This document shows, piece after piece, positions 7,259-16,698 of a DNA stretch of 32,000 nucleotides; position 1 is the stretch's first letter; each line of letters begins with the position of its first letter. The DNA is taken from the NCBI GenBank assembly GCA_021735045.1, contig JAIPHU010000010.1:10468-42467 (forward strand). Reading direction: 5' to 3'. This DNA is from Candidatus Omnitrophota bacterium. GTDB taxonomy: Bacteria > Omnitrophota > Gorgyraeia > Duberdicusellales > 4484-171. The position numbers and the translations under genes were made by a program. The notes under the pieces are model-generated. The model saw nothing but the letters and a program-made list of their open reading frames with translations, was not told where the DNA came from and made no database searches.

Positions 7259-8182
7259 ATGGTTATTACCAAACATTTAGATGAAATGACAAAGATTTAT
7301 CATTATCCAGTTATGTGGCAAGAAACGCTTGATAGCTTACAACTTTCCAAGCGAGAAGTTATCATAGATTGTACGACAGGTTTGGGTTCACATGCTTACA
7401 AAATGATTCAAGCAAGCCAAAAAAATTCCTTTTACATAGGTATAGATAAAGATAGCCAATCTTTAAAAGAAGCTTATTGGAAACTTAAGCCTTTTGAAGG
7501 TAGGTTTGTTTTGCTTCAAGAAGATTTTATGCATTTAGATAAAGTTTGTCACGAGTTTAATATTGAAAAAGCTGATATTTTCTTTTTTGATTTAGGAATA
7601 TCGACCTATCAATTAGCTAATCCTCAAAGAGGTTTTAGTTTTTTAGGTGAAGGCGCCTTAGATATGAGGATTAATAAAGATAATTTTCTTACTGCTTTTG
7701 ATTTAGTAAATAATTTAAGCGAGCCAGAACTAATCAACATATTTAAAAAATTTGGAGAAGAGCGTTATTCAAGACGAATCGCTCATGCGCTAGTAACTTA
7801 TCGGCGCCAAAAATCAATTGCGACTACTACACAATTGGCTGAGATTATTGAAAAAAGCGTGCCGGTAAAAGCGCGTTTTGGGAGAATTCATCCAGCTACT
7901 AGAGTTTTTCAAGCCTTAAGGATTGCGGTTAACCGAGAGCTAGAATCTCTTAAAATTGCCCTGCCCAAAGCGATTAACTTTTTAAAAAAAGGGGGCAGGA
8001 TAGGCGTTATATCATTTCATTCATTAGAGGATAGAATAGTTAAACATACGTTTAAAGATTTTGCTTCACGAAATTTATTAAAAATTATTACCAAAAAACC
8101 TAAAAGGCCGACAGAAAAAGAAAAAAAGATTAATCCAGCTTCGCGTTCGGCAAAATTGCGGATAGCAGAAAAAATTGGGTAA
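7259..8182 (+). CDS. rsmH: 16S rRNA (cytosine1402-N4)-methyltransferase
   Basis: HYPVM motif, DCTTGLGSHA SAM-binding motif, FDLGISTYQL and SFHSLEDRIVK. It sits in the canonical position after mraZ. Confidence 0.95.
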   Translation: MVITKHLDEMTKIYHYPVMWQETLDSLQLSKREVIIDCTTGLGSHAYKMIQASQKNSFYIGIDKDSQSLKEAYWKLKPFEGRFVLLQEDFMHLDKVCHEFNIEKADIFFFDLGISTYQLANPQRGFSFLGEGALDMRINKDNFLTAFDLVNNLSEPELINIFKKFGEERYSRRIAHALVTYRRQKSIATTTQLAEIIEKSVPVKARFGRIHPATRVFQALRIAVNRELESLKIALPKAINFLKKGGRIGVISFHSLEDRIVKHTFKDFASRNLLKIITKKPKRPTEKEKKINPASRSAKLRIAEKIG

Positions 8183-8540
8183 AATGCGCAAAATATCACC
8201 ATTAATATTGGTATCTATTATATTTATTTTTCTTTCAGTGTATCTTCATCAGAAGGTTCAAATCTATACAGCTGCTTTTTATCTTCAAAAAAATTATAAT
8301 AACTACCAGGAACTTGTTGCAAAAAAAGATTATTTGATGCATAATTTTTCAAAGAAAGTGTCTTTATCCCACGTAAGCAAATGGGTTTTGGCAGAAAAGC
8401 TTTCCTCGCCGGGAAAAGAAAAGCTTCTGGTGTTTAAGCCTAACGACCAAGTTGAAACTGATACGGTTTCTAAAAAATCATTTTTCAAACGGATCAGGTC
8501 TTCTGCTTCAATCGCTGACGTTTTTGCAAAAGAGCGGTAA
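8175..8540 (+). CDS. ftsL: FtsL-like cell division protein
   Basis: 121 aa with a single N-terminal TM (ISPLILVSIIFIFLSVYL) followed by a helical segment. It lies between rsmH and ftsI. The call is positional and architectural, with no sequence signature. Confidence 0.6.
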   Translation: MGKMRKISPLILVSIIFIFLSVYLHQKVQIYTAAFYLQKNYNNYQELVAKKDYLMHNFSKKVSLSHVSKWVLAEKLSSPGKEKLLVFKPNDQVETDTVSKKSFFKRIRSSASIADVFAKER

Positions 8541-8573
8541 AAATAACCTGTTTCTCTCTAAAAGTTTAAAACA

Positions 8574-10226
8574 GTGAAGAAAAAACCTTTTTTTCGATTT
8601 GATACAATATATTTATTATTTGTCTTTTTGTTCCTAATTCTTTTTGTTAAAATAATATCTCTCCAAATTTACCGCCAAGATTTTTTTGATCAACTTGCCA
8701 AAGAACAGCACTATGGTTTATTTCAAATTCAAGGTAAAAGAGGCAAAATTATCGACTCTAACAGAGATGTCCTTGCTAAAAGTATTTATTTTTATTCGGT
8801 CTTTGCTGATCCACTTTTTGTTGATAATAAAAATAAGTTTGCCGAAATTCTTTCTACAAAGCTTAATATTTCAAAAGAAAGATTAATAGGTAGGCTGAAT
8901 AAAAAAAAGCGTCGTTTTGTTTGGGTAAAACGAAAGATAAACTGGAAACAAAAAAAAGATATAGAAAACCTCAATTTGGCTGGGGTTGGGTTTATAAGAG
9001 AAAACCAGAGGTTTTACCCGGAAAAGAGCCTATTTTCTTCAGTTTTAGGCATCGTAGACATAGATAATAATGGCTTAGAGGGAATTGAGCTTTATTATGA
9101 CCAGTATTTGCGGGGCAAAAAAGGTTGGGCTAGAGTTTTAAGAGATTCAACCTCACAACATTTGATTTTAACTCCTTCTCTGGTAGAATTGCAAAAAGGG
9201 GCTGACTTAGTAGTTACTTTAGATACTAGAATTCAATATTGGGTTAAGCAATATTTAAAAGAAACAATTAAAAAATATAGAGCTAAAAAGGGCTCAGTGG
9301 TAGTAATGAATGCCCAAAATGGTGAGATATTAGCTTTAGCAAATTCTAACAGTTCCGGTTTAAATAATGATAAATTTTATTTTCGAAAAAATAGTGCAGT
9401 TACAGATATGTTTGAACCAGGTTCAGTTTTTAAAGTAGTAACTTTAGCTGCTGCAATTTCTCAAAAAAGATCATTTGACAAGATTGATTGTGAACAAGGA
9501 CGCTTTAAAATTCCCGGAACTGTTTTAAATGATTGGCGGCCTTATGGAGATCTTTCTTTTCAAGAAGTTTTTTATAAATCAAGTAATATAGGTGTAGCTA
9601 AGATAGCTACAACTGTCGGTTATAAAAAAATATATAACTATATCAAAAAAATGGGGTTTGGCCAAAAAACTGGTATAGATTTTCCTGGTGAATCTCAAGG
9701 CAGGTTGATGCATGTAGATAAATGGTCAAAAACTGCCAGATATATTGTCCCTATCGGGCAAGGGATAGGAGTAAATTTGTTACAGCTGGTGAGAGCTTTT
9801 GCTGTAATTGCAAACGGCGGAGATTTGGTAACTCCTCATTTGGGCAAAGAGTTATGCGCTAAGGGCCTTTGTCGAGCGATTGAATACGATCGAAAAAAAA
9901 ATATTTTATCAGCTAGAGTAGCCAATCAAGCTAAAAGAGTTTTAATCAAAGTAGTTGAGCAAGGAACCGGTAAGAGAGCAAAAATTGATGAAGAACGAAT
10001 TGGAGGAAAAACCGGAACTGCACAAAAGTTTGATTCAAAACTAGGCAGATATTCTTCTAGTAAATATAGAGCTAACTTTATTGGTTTTATTGATAGTAGT
10101 AAAAAACCAATTGTAATTGGGGTAACTATTGACGAACCTAAAAGGTCACATTTTGGGGGAGTAGTAGCAGCTCCTTTATTTAAGAAGATTGCTAAAAAAA
10201 TTATTAGTTATGAGTTGTTCAAATAA
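8574..10226 (+). CDS. ftsI: peptidoglycan D,D-transpeptidase FtsI (class B PBP)
   Basis: N-terminal TM, SxxK (GSVFK), SxN (SSN) and KTGT (GGKTGTA). GTG start at 8574. Confidence 0.92.
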   Translation: MKKKPFFRFDTIYLLFVFLFLILFVKIISLQIYRQDFFDQLAKEQHYGLFQIQGKRGKIIDSNRDVLAKSIYFYSVFADPLFVDNKNKFAEILSTKLNISKERLIGRLNKKKRRFVWVKRKINWKQKKDIENLNLAGVGFIRENQRFYPEKSLFSSVLGIVDIDNNGLEGIELYYDQYLRGKKGWARVLRDSTSQHLILTPSLVELQKGADLVVTLDTRIQYWVKQYLKETIKKYRAKKGSVVVMNAQNGEILALANSNSSGLNNDKFYFRKNSAVTDMFEPGSVFKVVTLAAAISQKRSFDKIDCEQGRFKIPGTVLNDWRPYGDLSFQEVFYKSSNIGVAKIATTVGYKKIYNYIKKMGFGQKTGIDFPGESQGRLMHVDKWSKTARYIVPIGQGIGVNLLQLVRAFAVIANGGDLVTPHLGKELCAKGLCRAIEYDRKKNILSARVANQAKRVLIKVVEQGTGKRAKIDEERIGGKTGTAQKFDSKLGRYSSSKYRANFIGFIDSSKKPIVIGVTIDEPKRSHFGGVVAAPLFKKIAKKIISYELFK

Positions 10227-11673
10227 GATGAAAATAAAAGATATTGTAAGATCAGTCAAAGACCCTAAGGTTGCGGGGTTAGATGTATCAGATATTGCTG
10301 ATGATTCTAGATTTGTTAAACAAGGAAGTGTTTTTTTTGTAATTAAGAGATCTAATTTTGATATATTTTCTGTTTTAAAAGAAATAGAAAAGAAGGTGAA
10401 AGTTTATGTTGTTAGTTTAGAAGATAAAGATCAATTCATAAAAATGGCTATAAATAAGCCAGTTATTTATGTAAAAAAAATCGAAGCTTGTTTTTATCGA
10501 GCCGTTAAGAAATTATATAAACCAAAACCCAGCCTTAAAATAATTGGAATCACCGGGACTAACGGAAAAACGTCTACTGGCTATTTTTTATATCAGTTAT
10601 TTAAAAAAATGGGCAAAAAAACAGCTTTTTTTGGGACGATTGGCTATTTTATTGATTCACATAAATATAAAATAGCTTATACTACTGCTGATTTTCTTAC
10701 GCTTTACAAAATGATTAAAAAAGCTAGTCAAAGAAATGTTGATTTTTTAATCATGGAGGTTTCTTCCCATAGCATAGCCCAAGAAAGAATAAAAGGGATA
10801 AAATTTATGAGATGTGTATTTACTAATATAAGCCGGGACCATCTTGATTACCATAAAACAATGGACTCTTATTTTAAAGTAAAAAAGAGTTTTTTTCTCC
10901 GGAACAACTATTCGATCATTAATAATGATTGTTATTATGGCAAGAAAATACTATCTGATTTAGATAAAGCGATATCTTATGGGATAAAAGACAAGTCCGA
11001 TTACCAAGCAAAGAATGTGAGGTTATTTAAAAGCAGGACAAACTTTGATTTAGTTGTAGGCAATAAAAACTTTTCTGTATCAACATCTATAACCGGATAT
11101 CATAATGTTTTGAATCTTTTAGCAGCTCTAGCTACAGCTCATTCTTTAGGATTTTCTCGAACAAAGCTATTAAAATTAACCTCATCTCTTAGGAAAGCTG
11201 AAGGCAGATTTGAAAGAATAGCTCAAGATATATTTATAGATTATGCTCATACTCCAGAAGGGCTTAAACAGATTATTTCTTCTCTGCGGGAGGTAGGCTA
11301 CAAGCAAATTATATCTGTTTTTGGCTGCGGTGGGCAGCGTGATCAAGGGAAAAGAGCCATTATGGGAAAAATATCTTCTCAACTATCTGATTTTACTGTT
11401 ATTACTTCAGATAATCCTAGAAAAGAAGATCCGTTAGATATTTGCAAACAAATTAAAAAAGGATGTTTGAATAGAAAATTTGAAATCATTATCGACCGAA
11501 AGAAAGCCATTAAAAAAGCGATATTACTATATCGAAATAAGAAAAAAATTGGTAAAAAAGTATCTGTTTTGATCGCGGGCAAAGGCCATGAAGACTATCA
11601 AATATTAAAAAATAAAAAAGTTGCTTTTAAAGATTCAAGAATGGCAAAAGATATTTTAAAAAGTTTAGGCTGA
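10189..11673 (+). CDS. murE: UDP-N-acetylmuramoyl-L-alanyl-D-glutamate--2,6-diaminopimelate ligase
   Basis: P-loop GITGTNGKTST and Mur ligase middle and C-terminal domains. The DNPR motif (SDNPRKEDP) indicates meso-DAP specificity. The true start may be ATG 10210 or 10228 rather than 10189. Confidence 0.93.
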   Translation: MLKKLLVMSCSNKMKIKDIVRSVKDPKVAGLDVSDIADDSRFVKQGSVFFVIKRSNFDIFSVLKEIEKKVKVYVVSLEDKDQFIKMAINKPVIYVKKIEACFYRAVKKLYKPKPSLKIIGITGTNGKTSTGYFLYQLFKKMGKKTAFFGTIGYFIDSHKYKIAYTTADFLTLYKMIKKASQRNVDFLIMEVSSHSIAQERIKGIKFMRCVFTNISRDHLDYHKTMDSYFKVKKSFFLRNNYSIINNDCYYGKKILSDLDKAISYGIKDKSDYQAKNVRLFKSRTNFDLVVGNKNFSVSTSITGYHNVLNLLAALATAHSLGFSRTKLLKLTSSLRKAEGRFERIAQDIFIDYAHTPEGLKQIISSLREVGYKQIISVFGCGGQRDQGKRAIMGKISSQLSDFTVITSDNPRKEDPLDICKQIKKGCLNRKFEIIIDRKKAIKKAILLYRNKKKIGKKVSVLIAGKGHEDYQILKNKKVAFKDSRMAKDILKSLG

Positions 11674-11701
11674 AAATAAAGAAAAAAAACTAAGTTTTAA
11701 T

Positions 11702-13045
11702 ATGAATATTAGTAGTTTTAAAACCATAGAAAAACTCATAAAACCTTATCAGATATATAACTTGTATCATTTCAGGCCGGTTAAAAGGTTTTGTCTGGAC
11801 TCTCGTTCTATTAAGCCCGGCGACGCTTTTATTGCCTTAAACGGTAAATACAAGGATGGCCATGATTTTATTAAAAAGGCAGTTAAAAAAGGCGCGGTTT
11901 TAGTAGTATCTGAAAAAAAAATAGAAACTAAGCCAAAAGTTCCTCAATTTATTGTTCAAGATACAATTAATGCTTTAGAAGAGATAATTTTGTTTTTAAG
12001 AAAAAAACATAAAAAAGTAACTGTTTTTGCCATAACCGGTTCTTTGGGCAAAACCACTACTAAAGAGATGTTAAGTTTTCTTCTTTCTCCTTATAGAAAT
12101 GTTTTAAAAAACAAAGCTACTGAAAATAATATTTTTGGAGTGGCTAAAACTATTTTTTCTTATAACAATCAAGATTCTATCATTTTTGAGCTTGGAACAA
12201 ATAAAGCTGGAGAGATTAAGAGTTTGGCTAAAGCGGTTAAGCCCAACCTAGGTGTTGTTACTTGCATAAAACCGGCTCATTTAGTTGGATTAAAAGATAT
12301 AAAAAAAATTAAAAAAGAAAAAATTTCACTTTTTGAACAAAACCCAAAGGCAAAAGCTGTATTAAATGATGATGACAAAATGCTCTCCGGGCTCAGGTTA
12401 AAAAATAAAACATTTTGGTATGGTAAAGGCAAAAATAATAACTTATACTACCGTCTAGCCAAAAGAAAGGAAGAAAAGGTTTATTTTAAAATATTAGATA
12501 AATATGATTTAGTTATACCGCTTCGCTTTGAAAGTTTTATTAATAATTATTTAGCAGCTATATTAGCTGCTCATACCTTAGGTATTTCTTATCGGGATCT
12601 TATTTCCAGAATAAATAATTTCGGTAATTTTCCTTCGATGCGGATGGAAAAGAAAACAATTGGCAGCTACATTATTTTAAATGATGCCTATAATGCTAAC
12701 CCTTATTCTTTTAAGCAATCTCTTTTGACTTTAAGGCGGTTTAGGCTGCCTAAAGTTGTTATTGCAGCAGATATGCTTGAGCTGGGTTCTAAAACTGCAT
12801 TTTATCACCGTAAGTTAGCTGATCAGATCTATAAAACCGGTTGTAAATATTGTATTACTTATGGGGATAACAGTAAGATAACAAAAAATCAACTAAAAGC
12901 CTTGGGTTATCAAAATGTATTTCATTTTTCTTCTCAGAAAAAAATTGCCTTATTTTTGAAAAAAAAGCTAAAAAACAAAAGATATTTAATTTTTCTAAAA
13001 GGTTCTCGAAAAATGAAGCTAGAAAAAATAGTTAAATATCTATAA
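11702..13045 (+). CDS. murF: UDP-N-acetylmuramoyl-tripeptide--D-alanyl-D-alanine ligase
   Basis: ITGSLGKTTTKE P-loop, LNDAYNANP motif, and position after murE. Confidence 0.93.
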   Translation: MNISSFKTIEKLIKPYQIYNLYHFRPVKRFCLDSRSIKPGDAFIALNGKYKDGHDFIKKAVKKGAVLVVSEKKIETKPKVPQFIVQDTINALEEIILFLRKKHKKVTVFAITGSLGKTTTKEMLSFLLSPYRNVLKNKATENNIFGVAKTIFSYNNQDSIIFELGTNKAGEIKSLAKAVKPNLGVVTCIKPAHLVGLKDIKKIKKEKISLFEQNPKAKAVLNDDDKMLSGLRLKNKTFWYGKGKNNNLYYRLAKRKEEKVYFKILDKYDLVIPLRFESFINNYLAAILAAHTLGISYRDLISRINNFGNFPSMRMEKKTIGSYIILNDAYNANPYSFKQSLLTLRRFRLPKVVIAADMLELGSKTAFYHRKLADQIYKTGCKYCITYGDNSKITKNQLKALGYQNVFHFSSQKKIALFLKKKLKNKRYLIFLKGSRKMKLEKIVKYL

Positions 13046-13059
13046 TATTTTCCACTTTT

Positions 13060-13068
13060 TGGTACAAT
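13060..13068 (+). promoter_or_regulatory. possible extended -10 element TGgTACAAT
   Basis: TG at 13060-13061 and TACAAT at 13063-13068, just after the murF stop and before the palindromic element. No -35 is seen. Confidence 0.3.
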
Positions 13069-13073
13069 ATAAA

Positions 13074-13146
13074 TTAGCTCATAGCTGATGGCTCATGGTT
13101 GATAGTTAATTATTTCTCAACTAAGAGCTATGAGCCAAGAGCTAAG
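13074..13146. repeat. palindromic short-motif element (GCTCAT / ATGAGC family) upstream of mraY
   Basis: Nested complementary segments: TTAGCTC 13074-13080 / GAGCTAA 13139-13145, GGCTCAT 13090-13096 / ATGAGCC 13130-13136, and GTTGA 13098-13102 / TCAAC 13117-13121. An alternative 10-bp pairing is GCTCATAGCT 13077-13086 / AGCTATGAGC 13126-13135. Confidence 0.75.
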
Positions 13147-13157
13147 AACCAATTATT

Positions 13158-14240
13158 ATGCTTTACCATCTACTATATCCATTATCAAAATATTTTTTTA
13201 TTTTCAATGTCACCAGATATATTACTTTTCGCAGTGGATGTGCGTTTTTTACTTCTTTTTTTCTCGTCTTTCTTTTTTGGCGTCCGCTGATAAAAAGACT
13301 TCATAAGATGCAGATTGTAGAAAATATTGATATGTATGGGCACCTGCATCTTGAAAAGCTACATAAAGATAAAAAAGGTACTCCTACCATGGGTGGGCTG
13401 TTGATTGTTTTTTCAATGTTTCTCTCTAGTTTAATCTGGGCTAGATTAGACAATTTTTTGGTATGGGTAGTATTATTTACTATGGGAGCTTTGGCTCTTT
13501 TAGGTTTTATTGATGATTCTTTAAAAATAAAAAAAGGGAAAGGATTAACTCGTCTCCAGAAGTTATTATGGCAAAGCCTGGTTGGTTTAGCTTTAGGTAC
13601 CTTTATAGTTTTATATAAAGGTATAGAGCCTAGCTGGAGCTTACCTTTTTTTAAAAGTGTAGTATTAAATTTAGGATATTTTTATATTTTTTGGGCTGTT
13701 TGTTTAATAGTAGCTACATCCAATGCAGTAAATTTTACTGACGGCCTTGATGGTTTAGCTATAGGCAGTTTGATTATTAATGCAGTGATTTTTTCGTTAT
13801 TAGCTTATTTGGTGGGCAACCTAAAATTTGCTGACTATCTTTTTATTCCTTATATAAAGGGTGCAGGAGAATTAACTGTTATAACATTGAGCTTAGCAGG
13901 TTCTGGCTTAGCTTTTCTTTGGTTTAACTCTTATCCGGCTCAAGTTTTTATGGGGGATGTAGGGGCATTAGCTTTAGGAGGAGTTATAGGGGCAGTTGCT
14001 TTAATTATAAAGAAAGAATTTATTCTTTTTATTAGTGGAGGGCTGTTTGTAATTGAAGCATTGAGTGTAATTTTACAGATAACATCTGTGAAATTAAGAA
14101 AAAAGAGGATATTTAAAGCTGCTCCGATTCACCATCATTTTCAAATCAAAGGTTGGCCGGAACCAAAGATAATCGTTCGTTTTTGGATTATTACAATAAT
14201 CTGCGCTTGTTTAGCTTTACTTACCCTTAAGCTTCGGTAG
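13158..14240 (+). CDS. mraY: phospho-N-acetylmuramoyl-pentapeptide-transferase
   Basis: Polytopic membrane protein with KKGTPTMGG, NAVNFTDGLDGLA and the HHHF motif. Confidence 0.97.
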   Translation: MLYHLLYPLSKYFFIFNVTRYITFRSGCAFFTSFFLVFLFWRPLIKRLHKMQIVENIDMYGHLHLEKLHKDKKGTPTMGGLLIVFSMFLSSLIWARLDNFLVWVVLFTMGALALLGFIDDSLKIKKGKGLTRLQKLLWQSLVGLALGTFIVLYKGIEPSWSLPFFKSVVLNLGYFYIFWAVCLIVATSNAVNFTDGLDGLAIGSLIINAVIFSLLAYLVGNLKFADYLFIPYIKGAGELTVITLSLAGSGLAFLWFNSYPAQVFMGDVGALALGGVIGAVALIIKKEFILFISGGLFVIEALSVILQITSVKLRKKRIFKAAPIHHHFQIKGWPEPKIIVRFWIITIICACLALLTLKLR

Positions 14241-14243
14241 TTA

Positions 14244-15494
14244 ATGAAAATTATTAAAGATTTAATAACAATTTGTGTGGCAGGATGGGGCAAAACAGGT
14301 ATTTCTTTAACAAAGATGTTGTTGGATTTGGGTAAAAAGGTTAAAGTAACTGAACAAAGAAAAAAAAAATATTTTTGTTCTCAATCCATTCAAAATTTTC
14401 AAGCTAAAGGAGTCAAGTTTGAATTCCGCAAACATTCAGAAGAATTTATTAAATCTTGTGAACTAATTATTTTAAGCCCAGGCATAGATCTTTCTAGGTC
14501 AAAGTTAACTAATATTGCGATAAAAAATAAGATATCTTGCATAGGAGAGTTAGAATTTGCTTTTTATTTTACTGATGCAACTATTATTGCAATTACTGGA
14601 ACTAACGGAAAAACCACAACGGCTCATCTAGTCTATCGGTTGCTTAAGCAAAAAAAGAAAAAAGTTTATTTAGGGGGTAATATTGGACGCCCTTTTTCCG
14701 AATTTGTATTAAATACCAAAAAAGGGGATGTAATAGTTTTGGAAGTAAGTTCATTCCAACTGGAGACGGTTGTTAAATTTAGGCCAAAAGTAGCTGTTTT
14801 ACTTAACCTTGAGCCTGATCATCTCAATCGGCATAAAAGTTTTGATAATTACTTAAAGACAAAACTGAAAATTTTTCATAATCAAAAAAAATCTGACCGG
14901 GCAATTATTAATAAAGAAATAAATTTAGCTAAACCTTACCTGTCAGAGATAAACTCAAAAATCATATATTTTAAAAATGAGTTATCTGACCAAAATCTAT
15001 CAGCTGCTTATAGGGTGGGGAAAATATTTGGTATCACTAAAGACGACTGCCGTATACTTTCTTCCAAATATAAAAAATTGCCTCATCGTCAGCAACTGGT
15101 AAAGGAAATTGATAAGATAAAGTTTATAAATGATTCGAAAGCCACCAACCTTTCTTCAACCTTGTTTGCTCTAAAGTCAATAAAGAAATCTGTAATATTG
15201 ATTGCGGGGGGTAAAGATAAAGGTTTTCATTACTTTGATTTAGGAAAATATGCAAGAAAGATCAAAAAGATAAACCTTATTGGACAAGCCGCAGATAAAA
15301 TTAATGATGAAATTGGTAATAAAATTAAATGTGATAAGTTTGATTCATTAAAAGAAGCGGTATTATCATCCTATAAAGAAGCAAAGCCTTCTGATACTAT
15401 TCTTTTTTCTCCGATGTGCTCTAGTTTTGATATGTTTTCTGATTATAAAGAAAGAGGACAAAAGTTTGTTGAAATTGTAGATAATCTTTTTTAA
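14244..15494 (+). CDS. murD: UDP-N-acetylmuramoylalanine--D-glutamate ligase
   Basis: ITGTNGKTTT P-loop, NLEPDHLNRH, DSKATN, and position after mraY. Confidence 0.93.
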   Translation: MKIIKDLITICVAGWGKTGISLTKMLLDLGKKVKVTEQRKKKYFCSQSIQNFQAKGVKFEFRKHSEEFIKSCELIILSPGIDLSRSKLTNIAIKNKISCIGELEFAFYFTDATIIAITGTNGKTTTAHLVYRLLKQKKKKVYLGGNIGRPFSEFVLNTKKGDVIVLEVSSFQLETVVKFRPKVAVLLNLEPDHLNRHKSFDNYLKTKLKIFHNQKKSDRAIINKEINLAKPYLSEINSKIIYFKNELSDQNLSAAYRVGKIFGITKDDCRILSSKYKKLPHRQQLVKEIDKIKFINDSKATNLSSTLFALKSIKKSVILIAGGKDKGFHYFDLGKYARKIKKINLIGQAADKINDEIGNKIKCDKFDSLKEAVLSSYKEAKPSDTILFSPMCSSFDMFSDYKERGQKFVEIVDNLF

Positions 15495-16693
15495 TGCGAC
15501 CAGATTATTTTATGATAAATAAAGTAAAATTTTTTTTAAGAGGCAGAAGCAACAGCTTAAGAGGGTATCTGTTTGGCCTTTCTTCTAACTCAGAGTTGTT
15601 GCGTAGGGAAAGAAGAACTATTTTTTTTCTAATTTTTAGTTTAACTCTTGTTGGTTTGCTTTTTATTTATGAGTCTTCTAGCCTTTATGCTTTAAAATAT
15701 CAAAATAACCCAGCTTATTTTTTTAAAAAACAAATTTTGTTTTTTATTTTATCACTTTTTTTCTTTTACGGGTCTCTTTTTATAGATTTAAATTTTCTTA
15801 GGCAACAGAGTAAAAAAATATTACTTTTTTTAATTATTGTTTTAATAATTGTTCCTTTTTTTGGCCAAAAATCTGGCGGAGCTTCAAGGTGGGTTGAGCT
15901 AGGAGGTTTTAGTTTTCAACCATCTGAACTGTTAAAAATATTTTTTCTTATTTATTGTGCTGATTATTGTAGTAGAAAAGAAAGAATTTTAAAAAATCTC
16001 AATTACGGTTTTATTCCAGTAGGATTGGTATTAACTTTAATTTGTTTACTTTTATTAGCTCAGCCGGATTTAGGCAGTGTGGTTTTTTGGATTATTTGGT
16101 TTTTAATTTTTGTCTATTTGTATGGAGCAAAATTAAAACATATAGCCATAATTGTTTCGGGTTGCTTGGTAAGTTTCTTTTTTTTAGTGAAGATGTATCC
16201 CTATCGGGTAAGAAGAATAGCTGCTTATCTTGATCCTTTCTCTGACCCGCAAGGCTCAGGTTTCCAAATTATTCAGTCTCAATTAGCTTATAGCCGCGGT
16301 GGGCTGTTTGGGGTGGGGTTAGGAGAAGGTAAGCAAAAGTTATTTTTTTTACCGGCTGCTCATACTGATTTTATATTTTCAATTATTGCTGAAGAATTAG
16401 GTCTTATTCTGTCTTTAGGTATTGTATCTATATTTTTTTTAATTATTCATAAAATGTTTAAAATTTCCAAATTTATTAACGATAAATTTAGGAAGGGAAT
16501 ACTTTTTGGAATAGCTATTATTTTTTTTCTGGAGGTGTTTATTAATATAGGTGTTACCTGTGGTTTATTGCCTACCAAAGGTATGTCCCTTCCTTTTATC
16601 AGTTATGGTGGTACTAATTTAGTCGTTCATTACATACTCTTGGGTTTGTTTTTTAATGCTTCAAAGGAACCATTTAGAAATAAGGTTAATTAA
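15494..16693 (+). CDS. ftsW: SEDS-family peptidoglycan glycosyltransferase FtsW
   Basis: About 10 TM segments, FQPSELLK, PAAHTDFIFS and LPFISYGGT motifs, in the murD-ftsW-murG context. Confidence 0.93.
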   Translation: MRPDYFMINKVKFFLRGRSNSLRGYLFGLSSNSELLRRERRTIFFLIFSLTLVGLLFIYESSSLYALKYQNNPAYFFKKQILFFILSLFFFYGSLFIDLNFLRQQSKKILLFLIIVLIIVPFFGQKSGGASRWVELGGFSFQPSELLKIFFLIYCADYCSRKERILKNLNYGFIPVGLVLTLICLLLLAQPDLGSVVFWIIWFLIFVYLYGAKLKHIAIIVSGCLVSFFFLVKMYPYRVRRIAAYLDPFSDPQGSGFQIIQSQLAYSRGGLFGVGLGEGKQKLFFLPAAHTDFIFSIIAEELGLILSLGIVSIFFLIIHKMFKISKFINDKFRKGILFGIAIIFFLEVFINIGVTCGLLPTKGMSLPFISYGGTNLVVHYILLGLFFNASKEPFRNKVN

Positions 16694-16698
16694 CTTAA

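Noticed and set aside
8686-8886. Alternative-frame + strand ORFs: 8686..8886 (inside ftsI), 13099..13290 (across the palindromic spacer into mraY) and 16042..16233 (inside ftsW).
   Set aside because: They overlap well-supported genes in another frame, have no RBS, and translate to low-complexity sequence. 13099..13290 also begins inside the hairpin element.
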